Origin: Sphingomonas sp.
Lineage (GTDB): Bacteria > Pseudomonadota > Alphaproteobacteria > Sphingomonadales > Sphingomonadaceae
Assembly: GCF_036387535.1 (NCBI RefSeq)
Contig: NZ_DASVTO010000072.1
Span: forward strand, 219-64,218
Direction: 5' to 3'
Length of the DNA: 64,000 nt
Part shown: positions 39,281 to 47,706 of the stretch, in pieces
Layout of the letters: the number at the start of each line of letters is the position of its first letter
Position numbering within the stretch: position 1 is the first letter of the stretch
Program-made: the position numbers and the translations under genes
The notes under the pieces: generated by a model
Told to the model about the DNA's origin: nothing
Seen by the model: the letters and a program-made list of their open reading frames with translations, nothing else
The model's database searches: none

Positions 39281-39909
39281 CCGTAGAACTCCATCACGAT
39301 ATAGCCGTCGCCGCCCCCGCCACCCGGCGTGAATTCAGGACGCGGAACACCGCTGCCTCCGCCGCAGCCCAGCCGCCCGGCATAGCCGGAGCCGTCGCTC
39401 GGGTGGCCGCCATATTCACCGCCACCGCGAAGGCCGGAGCCGCTGGCACCGGTGAAATTGCCGAACGCGAAGCCCGCGCTTCCGATCATCGTCAGGTCGA
39501 CCCCATCTGCCCCCGGCTGCGCGTTGTCGCTGTTCGGTCCCGGCGAGACGAACGGAATCCCGATCTTCCCGGCCTTGGCGGTATAGCCAAGAGCCGAACT
39601 GTCTTCAGACGGGTAATATTGGTTCGCAGGGAAGCCGTTGCGCCCGCCGCGGCCGATCGTCACCGTGACGCTGCTGTCGCGCAGCCGAATGAACCGGCGT
39701 TCGGTCTGGGCCTCGCCCCCACCGTTGCTACCCTGATTGTTACTTTGCGCACCGCCAGCGCCGCCCCCGCCTTTCATCTCGAACCGCACCATCGTCGTGC
39801 CGCGCGGGACGGGCACGACGATGGTGCCGGGTTCGACACGACGGAACGTGCCGAGCCGGCGAAGCTGGCTGGTCGCGGTGGTTGCCGGGTTGGCAACGCG
39901 GCCCGCCAT
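39277..39909 (-). CDS. Gly-rich tail-associated / receptor-binding protein candidate
   Basis: VPVPRGTT..MKGGGGAGG, VTIGRGG, GGGGGDGYIVMEF. Confidence 0.65.
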   Translation of the reverse strand: MAGRVANPATTATSQLRRLGTFRRVEPGTIVVPVPRGTTMVRFEMKGGGGAGGAQSNNQGSNGGGEAQTERRFIRLRDSSVTVTIGRGGRNGFPANQYYPSEDSSALGYTAKAGKIGIPFVSPGPNSDNAQPGADGVDLTMIGSAGFAFGNFTGASGSGLRGGGEYGGHPSDGSGYAGRLGCGGGSGVPRPEFTPGGGGGDGYIVMEFYG

Positions 39910-40235
39910 CAGACGCTCCGCTTCGCAGCGGTGTAGCTGGCATCGACATAGCCAGCCCCGGAGCGGTCCCACAGCTCATAGCCGGCGGGCAGCAGCAGAT
40001 CGGTTTCGACATCATAGGGCGCGCCGCCAAGGTCGACCAGATGACCGCGCGCGCGGTAGCAGGCATTGCTGCCATCGGCTTTGCGGATGCGCAGATCGAA
40101 CGCGTCGTTGCCGCCACCATTGTTGGAGATCCGAACGCGGACGCGCCATTCCTCGCCCGCCGGCACCGGGCCAAAGGCGCGGGCGAGCAGGGTCGAGGCG
40201 GTGTGGTTGACGGGGTCGACGGTGGCGGCGGTCAT
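39909..40235 (-). CDS. Beta-rich tail-associated protein
   Basis: GAGGA RBS, coupled to the downstream gene. Confidence 0.6.
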   Translation of the reverse strand: MTAATVDPVNHTASTLLARAFGPVPAGEEWRVRVRISNNGGGNDAFDLRIRKADGSNACYRARGHLVDLGGAPYDVETDLLLPAGYELWDRSGAGYVDASYTAAKRSV

Positions 40236-40245
40236 GGGTGCATCC

Positions 40246-40662
40246 TCATGCGAAGAACCAGCGGTCGACGGCTTGCGCGTCGAGCTGCGCGCGGACCTTG
40301 CCGAGGTCGGTGCTGACCAGATCGATCCGGCTGTCGAGATCGTCGGAGATCGCGTCGAACTGGAGATCGAAGGCGGCGAGGATTTCCGCCTTCATGATCG
40401 TGATCGCGTTGTCCGCGACCCACCGGTCATGGACCTCCGCCAGCTCGGCCGCGAGCGCATTGGCGCGTTCGACCACCGGTTGCAGCGCCGCCACCAGTCG
40501 CGCCAGCCCGACATCGCGCAGCTCGGCGAGTGCGATTTCATAATCGGGCTTGAGCGCGAGCGCCTGGCGCAGCGCGGCCGCAATATATTCCATCGCGCGG
40601 TTCATGCGCGCGGGCGAAGCATCGCGGTCGCGCTGGAAATCCAGCTCAGGCGGGAGCGACAT
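40246..40662 (-). CDS. Coiled-coil tail-associated protein
   Basis: Heptad-rich helix, in late operon. Confidence 0.6.
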   Translation of the reverse strand: MSLPPELDFQRDRDASPARMNRAMEYIAAALRQALALKPDYEIALAELRDVGLARLVAALQPVVERANALAAELAEVHDRWVADNAITIMKAEILAAFDLQFDAISDDLDSRIDLVSTDLGKVRAQLDAQAVDRWFFA

Positions 40663-40816
40663 CGGTCACCAGCTCGGCTGCGATCATCGCGTCCAGGATG
40701 TCCTGGTTGACCGTGTGGTCATGGCCGGGCTTGTAGTCGAACCCGGCGTGCGGAAAGACGCGCGCGAGGCCGACCTTGTAAAAGCCCGACTTGGAAACCT
40801 TGTATGTCGTGACCAT
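40646..40816 (-). CDS. 56-aa tail-region protein (not in ORF track)
   Basis: TAAGGAG RBS; MVTTYKVSKSGFYKVGLARVFPHAGFDYKPGHDHTVNQDILDAMIAAELVTDVAPA. Confidence 0.65.
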   Translation of the reverse strand: MVTTYKVSKSGFYKVGLARVFPHAGFDYKPGHDHTVNQDILDAMIAAELVTDVAPA

Positions 40817-40828
40817 GGTCGATGCTCC

Positions 40829-43081
40829 TTAAAGGGCGAAGTCTTTGCGCCAACCGAAGTGGAAGGTGCGGAGCGCGGAGTCCGTGGTCGCGTCGAACTG
40901 GATTTTGTACGACGGCACGGCAGCGCCGAGGTTAAAGACCCATGTCCGCTCGATCGAACCGTCGTCAGCGACGACGTCGGAGAAGGATGAGGGCGATACG
41001 AGCGTGGCGTAACCTGCACCGGTGCGCAGCTTCGCGGTGGCGGTGTGATGGCCCGCCTCAAAATATTCGAGCCGGCCGATCACGCGGATCTGCGCCGAGC
41101 CCGCGCCGGGCAGCAGCCGCGGCATCGAGACATGGGTGAGGCTGAGCCGCGGCCGCGAGACGCGGACGCGTGAGCCGGTGAGTTTTACCGCGGGCATGAC
41201 GTCGGGGGTGCCGGTCATGACCAGGCGGAGCGGCACGAGCGGCGGGATGTTGCCGCCGGCGCCCAGCACCGACTGCTCGGTCCGCGCCAGCGGCGTCCAG
41301 ATCCCGCCGACCTGGACCTCATAGGTGAGGTCGGTCGATTTCGGGATGATCGCCTCGGCCAGGATGTCGATCGCGGTCATGCCACCGGCGAGCGACAGCG
41401 GCGCCATGTCGATGACGGCCCGCGCCGCGGTGAACTTGGCCGCGTAGAGCGAGAAGCACAGATCGCGGGTGCCGTCCCCTTGCTGATAGGCGCCGTCGAG
41501 CACGTAGAAGAGCGTGCCCTGCGGGAAATTGGTCCCTTGCGTCGTCGCGATCCAGTGATCGGCGGCCGAGATCACGACCAGCGCATAGCGCTTGCCGCCT
41601 TCGAGATAGACCGGCTGGACCGGGATGACGGTCTCGGCATTGACGAGCAGGCTGGCGCGCGGGACGGTGGTGACCGAGATCACCTTGTCGAGCGCCGGCG
41701 CGCCGCGATCGGTTTCGCACAGCGCCAGCGTGATGCCGCCGTTCGCGGCCAGGCGGGTAAAGGTCAGGCCGACCGCGTCGAGCCAGAGATCATTGGCGTT
41801 GAGGAAGGTCTCGGCGACCTGCGCGCCGGGCACGGCATGGTTGACGGTGGTATAGTCCCAATAGGGTTCCTGATACACGTCTACCCACAGCCGGCGGACG
41901 CGTACCCAGCCATGCGCGGGGCCGTCCCAATCGACCTTGACGGTCTGGAACAGCTCGCCGTTGCGCTCGAAGGTCTCGGGGATGTAGCGATCGGTGACCG
42001 CACCCCACCAACCACTGTTGGTGCAGACGGTGAATTCCTCGCCGTAGCGCGTGCGGGTCCGCGACATCATGCGCTGAACCATCTGGTGGCTCTGGTAGCT
42101 ATAGGCGGCGATCTGGGTTTCGGCCTGGCGCGGGCCGACATTCATGCGCAGCTCGCGCGCATAGGCCGGGAACAGCACGTCGCCGGTGACCTTGGCGCGC
42201 GGGTTGAGCGCGTCGAAGACGGCGAGTTGGCTGTCCTTTACATCCTCGTCGGCGAAGCGGATGCCTTCCTCGATCTTCGCGCGGAAATTGGGATGGGCGA
42301 GATCGGATTCCTCCTTGTCCAGGAAGAAGTCCGCATCGCTGTCGGACGCCGCGACCGGGATGCCGGCCTGCTCCTCCAGCGTCGCCATGCGCGCGAGCAG
42401 CCGGCCGAAGGCGGCGGTGTTGACATTGTTCGCGACGCCGACCTTCAAGGTGGCGATGTCGGAGCCGAGCGCCACGATCTGAGGGCCGGCCTTGGCCTGG
42501 AACGCCTCGAGGCTGGCGGCGCGGGCGGCGACGTCGGCGACGCTGTCGAGGCGGTTGCCGGCGATCATGTCGACGCGGTCGACGCCGGTCGGGGTCAGCA
42601 CGACCCGCGCGACCGCCAGGACGCCGGCGTCGAGGACGGGATCGATCGGGTCGGGGCTCTCCTGGCCGGAGGCGACGTTGATGTTGCAGAGCCGCGCCAG
42701 CTCCATAGCGACGACGCGCGGTTCGGAGGCGCCGGTTTCCTCGTTGATCAGGAATTCGCGCGGACGCGCGTCGGTCTCGCTCTCCTGGCCGAAGATCACG
42801 ATCAGGACATGCTTCTTGGTCGCGATCGGTAGCGAGGTGGTGAAGTCCTTCACGAACGCGGCGTCGCGGGCGAAGACCTTGCCGGCCGAATAAAGCCGGC
42901 CAGGCTGGACGGTCACCTCGGTCGCGCTGCTGCGCGCGGCGGTGAAACCCGCATATTTGCGATCGGCGGTCACCGCGTCCGCGACGAGATCGTCCATCGA
43001 TCCCTGCGCGAAATCCTGCAGCTGATTATAGTCGGCGGGATCATTGTCCATGCCGTCACGGAAGATGACGCGGCTTTGCAT
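40829..43081 (-). CDS. 750-aa baseplate/tail protein at the gpH position
   Basis: Follows gpI with TAATG overlap and an AAAGG RBS; beta-rich; lacks the canonical P2 gpH N-terminus. Confidence 0.7.
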   Translation of the reverse strand: MQSRVIFRDGMDNDPADYNQLQDFAQGSMDDLVADAVTADRKYAGFTAARSSATEVTVQPGRLYSAGKVFARDAAFVKDFTTSLPIATKKHVLIVIFGQESETDARPREFLINEETGASEPRVVAMELARLCNINVASGQESPDPIDPVLDAGVLAVARVVLTPTGVDRVDMIAGNRLDSVADVAARAASLEAFQAKAGPQIVALGSDIATLKVGVANNVNTAAFGRLLARMATLEEQAGIPVAASDSDADFFLDKEESDLAHPNFRAKIEEGIRFADEDVKDSQLAVFDALNPRAKVTGDVLFPAYARELRMNVGPRQAETQIAAYSYQSHQMVQRMMSRTRTRYGEEFTVCTNSGWWGAVTDRYIPETFERNGELFQTVKVDWDGPAHGWVRVRRLWVDVYQEPYWDYTTVNHAVPGAQVAETFLNANDLWLDAVGLTFTRLAANGGITLALCETDRGAPALDKVISVTTVPRASLLVNAETVIPVQPVYLEGGKRYALVVISAADHWIATTQGTNFPQGTLFYVLDGAYQQGDGTRDLCFSLYAAKFTAARAVIDMAPLSLAGGMTAIDILAEAIIPKSTDLTYEVQVGGIWTPLARTEQSVLGAGGNIPPLVPLRLVMTGTPDVMPAVKLTGSRVRVSRPRLSLTHVSMPRLLPGAGSAQIRVIGRLEYFEAGHHTATAKLRTGAGYATLVSPSSFSDVVADDGSIERTWVFNLGAAVPSYKIQFDATTDSALRTFHFGWRKDFAL

Positions 43082-44274
43082 TATGCGGCCTTTCTGGTTT
43101 CGCCGAAGGTGAAGTCGCCGAAGCGGAGGCCCCCACCGAACTGGACCGGGCCGTGGACGGCCGTGTCGATCAGGATGGTGTCGCGGAACGCCTTGCTGAC
43201 GCGCACCGCCTCGATCGTTTGGTCGAGCCGGCCGAGATCGGCGGCAGCGCGGAAGCCGGCGCCGTGCCACTTGCCCGAGCGGCGCACCGGCCGCTGGAGC
43301 GGGACCGCGACCCGCAGTTCCGCGGTGAACGGCGCCATGCCGAAACGGCCGGCGCCGTGGAAGCTGCGCGTGTGGCGGCGTGCGCCCATCCGGTCGGGGG
43401 CGTGGAGCGCGACCCGGTCATAGACCAGGAACGGGGCATGGCTGGTGCGGAGGAAGCGGGCGCGGGCGCGCGGGCCGAAGAAGGAGCGCGCGGCGGGCGC
43501 GGTGCGCGGCTGTGCGACGCGGGTCGGGCGGACGTCGACCGGATCGAGCCCGGCCTCGACCGCGAAGGACCCGGCATCGTCGCCCAGGCGCAGCGTGACC
43601 ACACCCTTCGCGGCCTGGCTGCGCGTCAGATAGCCGCCGATCGCGCCCGCACCGTGCCAGCCACGGCGCGCGGTGCGCGCGATCAGCAGCCGGATCGCGG
43701 TCGCGTCGGGGGTCTCGTAGCGGATCGCGCGCTCGGCGCCCTGGTCATAGAAAGTGGCGCGGATGCCGGTGAGGTCGATGCCGCGGTTCGGGCGGAGATG
43801 GCCGCGGCCGTGGAAGTAGCGGCCGGCCGGGCCGGTGGCGAAGATGCGGTGGCTGGCGATGACGGTGCGGACGAAAGGATAGATCCGGACCTGCGGCAGG
43901 CCGTCGAGCCAGGCGGCGCGCTGCGCGTCGGTCATCGCCGCATAGAGGAAGCCGGTGGCGGGCGGGCGAACCGCGCGCAGCAGCTGCGATCCGGTCAGCG
44001 CGACATGCGCCTTGATCCCGGCGAGCGTGGTCTTGAGGCTGTGCAGCTTCAGCGCATTACGACAGACGTCGCGCTTCTGCGTTTCCGGCCAGCGATCGTC
44101 CCACAGATCGACCGACAGCCCCCAGGCGAGATGGCCGAGCAGGCCGGCCGGGCAGCTGTCCGGGTTCCAGACCGCCGCGATGCGGTCGGCGGGAAGCGCC
44201 AGGCGCTCGGCGATCGTCCCCTCGATCGCGGTCTCGAGCGCGGTGCAATTGGGCGGGAGCAGCGAGGCGGTCAT
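43081..44274 (-). CDS. I: gpI tail/baseplate protein with long C-terminal extension
   Basis: SLLPPNCTALE, WNPDSCPAGLLGHLAWGLSVDLWD..WPE..KR. Confidence 0.88.
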   Translation of the reverse strand: MTASLLPPNCTALETAIEGTIAERLALPADRIAAVWNPDSCPAGLLGHLAWGLSVDLWDDRWPETQKRDVCRNALKLHSLKTTLAGIKAHVALTGSQLLRAVRPPATGFLYAAMTDAQRAAWLDGLPQVRIYPFVRTVIASHRIFATGPAGRYFHGRGHLRPNRGIDLTGIRATFYDQGAERAIRYETPDATAIRLLIARTARRGWHGAGAIGGYLTRSQAAKGVVTLRLGDDAGSFAVEAGLDPVDVRPTRVAQPRTAPAARSFFGPRARARFLRTSHAPFLVYDRVALHAPDRMGARRHTRSFHGAGRFGMAPFTAELRVAVPLQRPVRRSGKWHGAGFRAAADLGRLDQTIEAVRVSKAFRDTILIDTAVHGPVQFGGGLRFGDFTFGETRKAA

Positions 44275-45161
44275 GCCGCAATCTCGACGGTGACCGTCAG
44301 GCCGGTGAGGTACGGCGCCTGGTGCGGCGCGGGGACGACATCGCCGCCATCGACGATCGCCTGCTCGACGCCGCCGACCGATGCCGCAGATTCCAGCATC
44401 TGCGCATAGACGGTGTGCCCAACGCGGTGGCGGTCGGTCGCATAGAGGCGGATCGCGGCCTCGGCCGCGGCGCCGACGATGGCGGGATCGGGGCCGCGGC
44501 GAATGCGCAGGCGGACGTTGCGCGCATAGGGCAGGATCTCGGCCGAGCGCACCGAGACGATATCGGTGAGTTGGGCGCCGTCGTCGGCCGCTAGGGCCTG
44601 ATAAACGCGCTGGACAGTCAAAGTGGGGACAGCACCGTCGCCGTCGCGGCCGAGCAGCACGACATCGACACGGCCCGCAGCACGCTTGATAACGGCGACG
44701 TCGCGCACGGATGGGGCGACGCGCAGCGCGGTGGCGCGGTAGCCGCCGCCGGTCAGGCCCGCCGCGGCGAGCGTCTCGGGGGCGAGCTGGATCCGCGTGC
44801 GCAGATCCGCGTCGCTTTCCAGGATGGCGGGGGCGCGATCGGTGGCGGGGATGATGACCAGGCGTTCGACGCCGTAGAAGGCGCCGAGCTGGTCGAGATC
44901 GGCGCCGGTGGCGAAAGCGAGCAGGACAGAGCGCGCGGCGTCGTTGATGGCGCCGCGCAACAGCAGCTCGCGGTAGGCGGAGATTTCGAGCAGCTTGATG
45001 ACCGGATCGGACGCGACCGTCGCGTCGAAGCTCGGCAGGCGCGCCTGTAAGGCTGCAATAAGGTCGGCGCGGATCCGGTCATAGGAGAGCGGCTGCACCA
45101 CCGCGGGTGCAGGGAGCCGCGACAGATCGAGCGCGGGAGATAGGAATGCGGGGTCGGCCAC
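44271..45161 (-). CDS. J: gpJ baseplate protein
   Basis: DLSRLPAPAVV, SDPVIKLLE, AYRELLLR, ATGADLDQL, ESDADLR. Confidence 0.93.
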   Translation of the reverse strand: MADPAFLSPALDLSRLPAPAVVQPLSYDRIRADLIAALQARLPSFDATVASDPVIKLLEISAYRELLLRGAINDAARSVLLAFATGADLDQLGAFYGVERLVIIPATDRAPAILESDADLRTRIQLAPETLAAAGLTGGGYRATALRVAPSVRDVAVIKRAAGRVDVVLLGRDGDGAVPTLTVQRVYQALAADDGAQLTDIVSVRSAEILPYARNVRLRIRRGPDPAIVGAAAEAAIRLYATDRHRVGHTVYAQMLESAASVGGVEQAIVDGGDVVPAPHQAPYLTGLTVTVEIAA

Positions 45162-45205
45162 CGCCCTATGTCGGCCGGGGCGGGGCTCGTGGGCTATATG
45201 CCAGC

Positions 45206-45228
45206 CTTGTAGAGTGGGTTTCTACAAG
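45206..45228. promoter_or_regulatory. Late-promoter activator site upstream of J
   Basis: CTTGTAGAGTGGGTTTCTACAAG. Confidence 0.8.
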
Positions 45229-45941
45229 GGCGTCTTCCGAGAGCTCATCTTATCCGGGGCCGGTAGAGCCTTGGACCGTCGTGGGATAGACCCTTTCATT
45301 TCCAGTGCGCTGCCTCCCTCGATGAACGCCTTGCGGAGGAACAGCTCCATGGCGCCGATCAGCTTTCTAAGCTGATCGGCATCTGGCGACCAACCACGAT
45401 GGGCGGCCGCATTCCCTGCATCAGTTACAACCTCAAGCTGCTCGAGCTCGTTCTGACCTATACGACCTGTCTCCAGCAATTTGTCGAGCTTCTTCCTAAA
45501 GCTGAGCTCAGTATCAATCTCAAGAAGTTCAGTGGCACGATCGAGAGCGGTTCGCAGCCCTATGGCAGCGAGGATGGCAGACCCGCCCTCGGAGGCTAAA
45601 TACATTTGTTCAAGAATGACTCTCAGCTGATGGTCAGTCGCTTCCAGCTGGGCAACCCACTCCGGCCGCTCCCGCGCCCCTGGATGTGGAAACGTCTGCA
45701 CGGTAGGCGTGTGGCAAGCATAAGATCGTTCTTCGGCATGATCATACTCATCCTCCCATTCCTCGCTATTAGTGGCGCTCTGATGGAAGAAGACGGTTTC
45801 GCATCCTCGGCATTCAAGAAGGCTGTAGACTGTTTCCTCCCAGAAAAAGTCCTGCTCAAAACGCTGAGTGGTGGAGCCGTGAATTTTGCAGGAGCGCTTG
45901 CCGTTGCAATTTGGGCAATGGGCGCTTGTCTTCTTCGGCAT
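45222..45941 (-). CDS. DUF4145 (HEPN-like) moron with N-terminal zinc ribbon
   Basis: CPNC...CRGC; AAIGLRTALD, FRKKLDKL, DAGNAAAH; lower GC. Confidence 0.8.
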   Translation of the reverse strand: MPKKTSAHCPNCNGKRSCKIHGSTTQRFEQDFFWEETVYSLLECRGCETVFFHQSATNSEEWEDEYDHAEERSYACHTPTVQTFPHPGARERPEWVAQLEATDHQLRVILEQMYLASEGGSAILAAIGLRTALDRATELLEIDTELSFRKKLDKLLETGRIGQNELEQLEVVTDAGNAAAHRGWSPDADQLRKLIGAMELFLRKAFIEGGSALEMKGSIPRRSKALPAPDKMSSRKTPL

Positions 45942-45967
45942 GAGTCCGCCTTGAAATATGCTGATCT

Positions 45968-46435
45968 TTAGGCTGGCATTGATGCCAGCACCGCGTCCAG
46001 CATGATTTTTCGCTCGGTATCGGTCAGACCAAGAATCTCGCGCTTCGCATAGCGAACCTTGGCCTGACCCTTCGCCGGTGCATCCTCCCGGCCCTCTTGG
46101 TGGATACGCGCCACGCGCGCCGCCTCACCGCTGAAACCGATCCAGGCTTCCCGGTCGGTGGCGCCCGCCTGCAGATGCTTCGCCAGGCGAAGCCTGCGGA
46201 ACATTGCGGCGCGTTTGATCCGGCCCTTCCGGCGCAGCCGCCCCTTTGGCTGATCTTTGGCCTTGCGCGGGGCAAACGGTGTCCCGTCCGGCTGGATCTG
46301 GGCGGCGATCCGGGTGCGCTGACTCTTTGCGATCTCGCGCGCCACGGTGCGCAGCAGCGTGCGGCGCTCGGCCGGCGCGACACCCCGCAAGAGCGCGCCC
46401 GCCAGATCCTCGAGCTGGTCGAGGCCGTCGCTCAT
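45968..46435 (-). CDS. S: gpS virion morphogenesis / tail completion protein
   Basis: SQRTRIAAQIQPDGTPFAPRK, MFRRLR, ARIHQEG, YAKREILG. Confidence 0.92.
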   Translation of the reverse strand: MSDGLDQLEDLAGALLRGVAPAERRTLLRTVAREIAKSQRTRIAAQIQPDGTPFAPRKAKDQPKGRLRRKGRIKRAAMFRRLRLAKHLQAGATDREAWIGFSGEAARVARIHQEGREDAPAKGQAKVRYAKREILGLTDTERKIMLDAVLASMPA

Positions 46436-46941
46436 GGCGCGGGCGGCTGGAAGGCGGGATCGCGGGTTTCGGCGATCAATTCATCGCGCAGGAACAGTTG
46501 CCACAGATTTTGGCCGCAGACGCCGGGAAAGTGATCCGGCTGGGCCGCGTCGTCGTCGAGATGGACGACGTCATAGCCGACGCCGGCGGCGCGCGGGGTG
46601 ACCCGGACGCGTTCGGTCAGATCGATGTCGATTCTGACGTCCGCGGACTCTTCGTCCTGGATCTCGGTTTCGAAAGTGAAGGGCTGCTGATCCTCACGCT
46701 TGAGCAGATCGGGTTGCTGCTCGGCGATCCATGCGACGATCGGGACCATGACCGCGTCCACATTGCCGGCGAACGCAAGCAGCGTGACGGTCAGCGTGTA
46801 GCGATATTCGAACGACAGCGATGCTCCGGCGCGCGCGCCGATCGCGCCGCGCTCGACCGACATTTGCAGCCGATCGGGGTTGTCCGCCAGACCGGGGACA
46901 GCCTTGAGCAGCAGGCGGCGGAGGCCGTTTGGCTTATTCAT
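46432..46941 (-). CDS. R: gpR tail completion protein
   Basis: MNKPNGLR, SFEYRYTL, QQPDLL, IDLTERVRV. Confidence 0.92.
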   Translation of the reverse strand: MNKPNGLRRLLLKAVPGLADNPDRLQMSVERGAIGARAGASLSFEYRYTLTVTLLAFAGNVDAVMVPIVAWIAEQQPDLLKREDQQPFTFETEIQDEESADVRIDIDLTERVRVTPRAAGVGYDVVHLDDDAAQPDHFPGVCGQNLWQLFLRDELIAETRDPAFQPPAP

Positions 46942-47260
46942 CGGAGATCCTCACGCCATAGCCCCAAGCCCGGATCGTCTCGATCGTCAGGCCCTCGGGC
47001 AGACGTCGGCGCAGGTTGCAGATCGCGACCTTCAACTGGTCGGGGTTGGTATCTTCGCCGGTGCCGACCAGCGTCAGGCCGAGCGTCGACACATCGCCGC
47101 GTTGCGCCAGCAGCCCCAGCATTGCGATCTGGCGCGGCGACAGCTTTATCCTGACCCCCCGCCAATAGGCGGCGGGGGGATCGGACTGGACGGTGAGCGG
47201 ACCGCGACGATGGGTGCCGCCGCGCACCGCGCCGCATTCGGAGCAGATCGCGCAGCTCAT
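46934..47260 (-). CDS. Stand-alone OmpR/PhoB-type winged-helix protein
   Basis: IKLSPRQIAMLGLL...LKVAICNLRRRLPEGLTIETIRAWGY; N-terminal CAICSEC; no receiver domain. Confidence 0.75.
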   Translation of the reverse strand: MSCAICSECGAVRGGTHRRGPLTVQSDPPAAYWRGVRIKLSPRQIAMLGLLAQRGDVSTLGLTLVGTGEDTNPDQLKVAICNLRRRLPEGLTIETIRAWGYGVRISDE

Positions 47261-47694
47261 CCGGCATAGGCGGCAGCGCGGGCGATCAACCGTTGCTTGC
47301 CTGCGGCCCAGCCGGCCGAAGCGATCTTGGCCTGCACATGCTGTTCGGTCGCGTGCGTGCAGTCGATCGTCGAGACCGGTTCGATCGTGACGTCCACCGC
47401 ATGATCGAGCGCGACCTTCGCGTTGCCGGCGAGTCGACAGGTCCATGTTCCATTCACGTTGTCGACCGGCGCGATCCCATCGTTCAGCGTAATGAACTCG
47501 CGCGTTCCACCGGCCCCGCCGTCGATGACGTAGCTGTGCCCCAGCTCCGGTTTGAAGTCGAGGACGACGCTGGTCGGGGTGCCCGCCACCGTCGCGACCT
47601 TGAGCTTACCCTTCGCGCCCGCAGGAACCGGCCAGCGATTCTCGTTGGGGCTGGCGTTCTTGAGGGTCAGGTCATGGTCGAAGACCCCCTCCAT
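47257..47694 (-). CDS. C-terminal part of the SGNH domain, in frame with the upstream gene
   Basis: Same frame, 12 nt after the TAA; contains GVFDHD and DCTH (DxxH). Confidence 0.6.
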   Translation of the reverse strand: MEGVFDHDLTLKNASPNENRWPVPAGAKGKLKVATVAGTPTSVVLDFKPELGHSYVIDGGAGGTREFITLNDGIAPVDNVNGTWTCRLAGNAKVALDHAVDVTIEPVSTIDCTHATEQHVQAKIASAGWAAGKQRLIARAAAYAG

Positions 47695-47706
47695 GATGCC
47701 TTCGGC

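Noticed and set aside
38675-43081. Invertible tail-fibre cassette
   Set aside because: No invertase, no inverted fibre copies and no flanking inverted repeats seen
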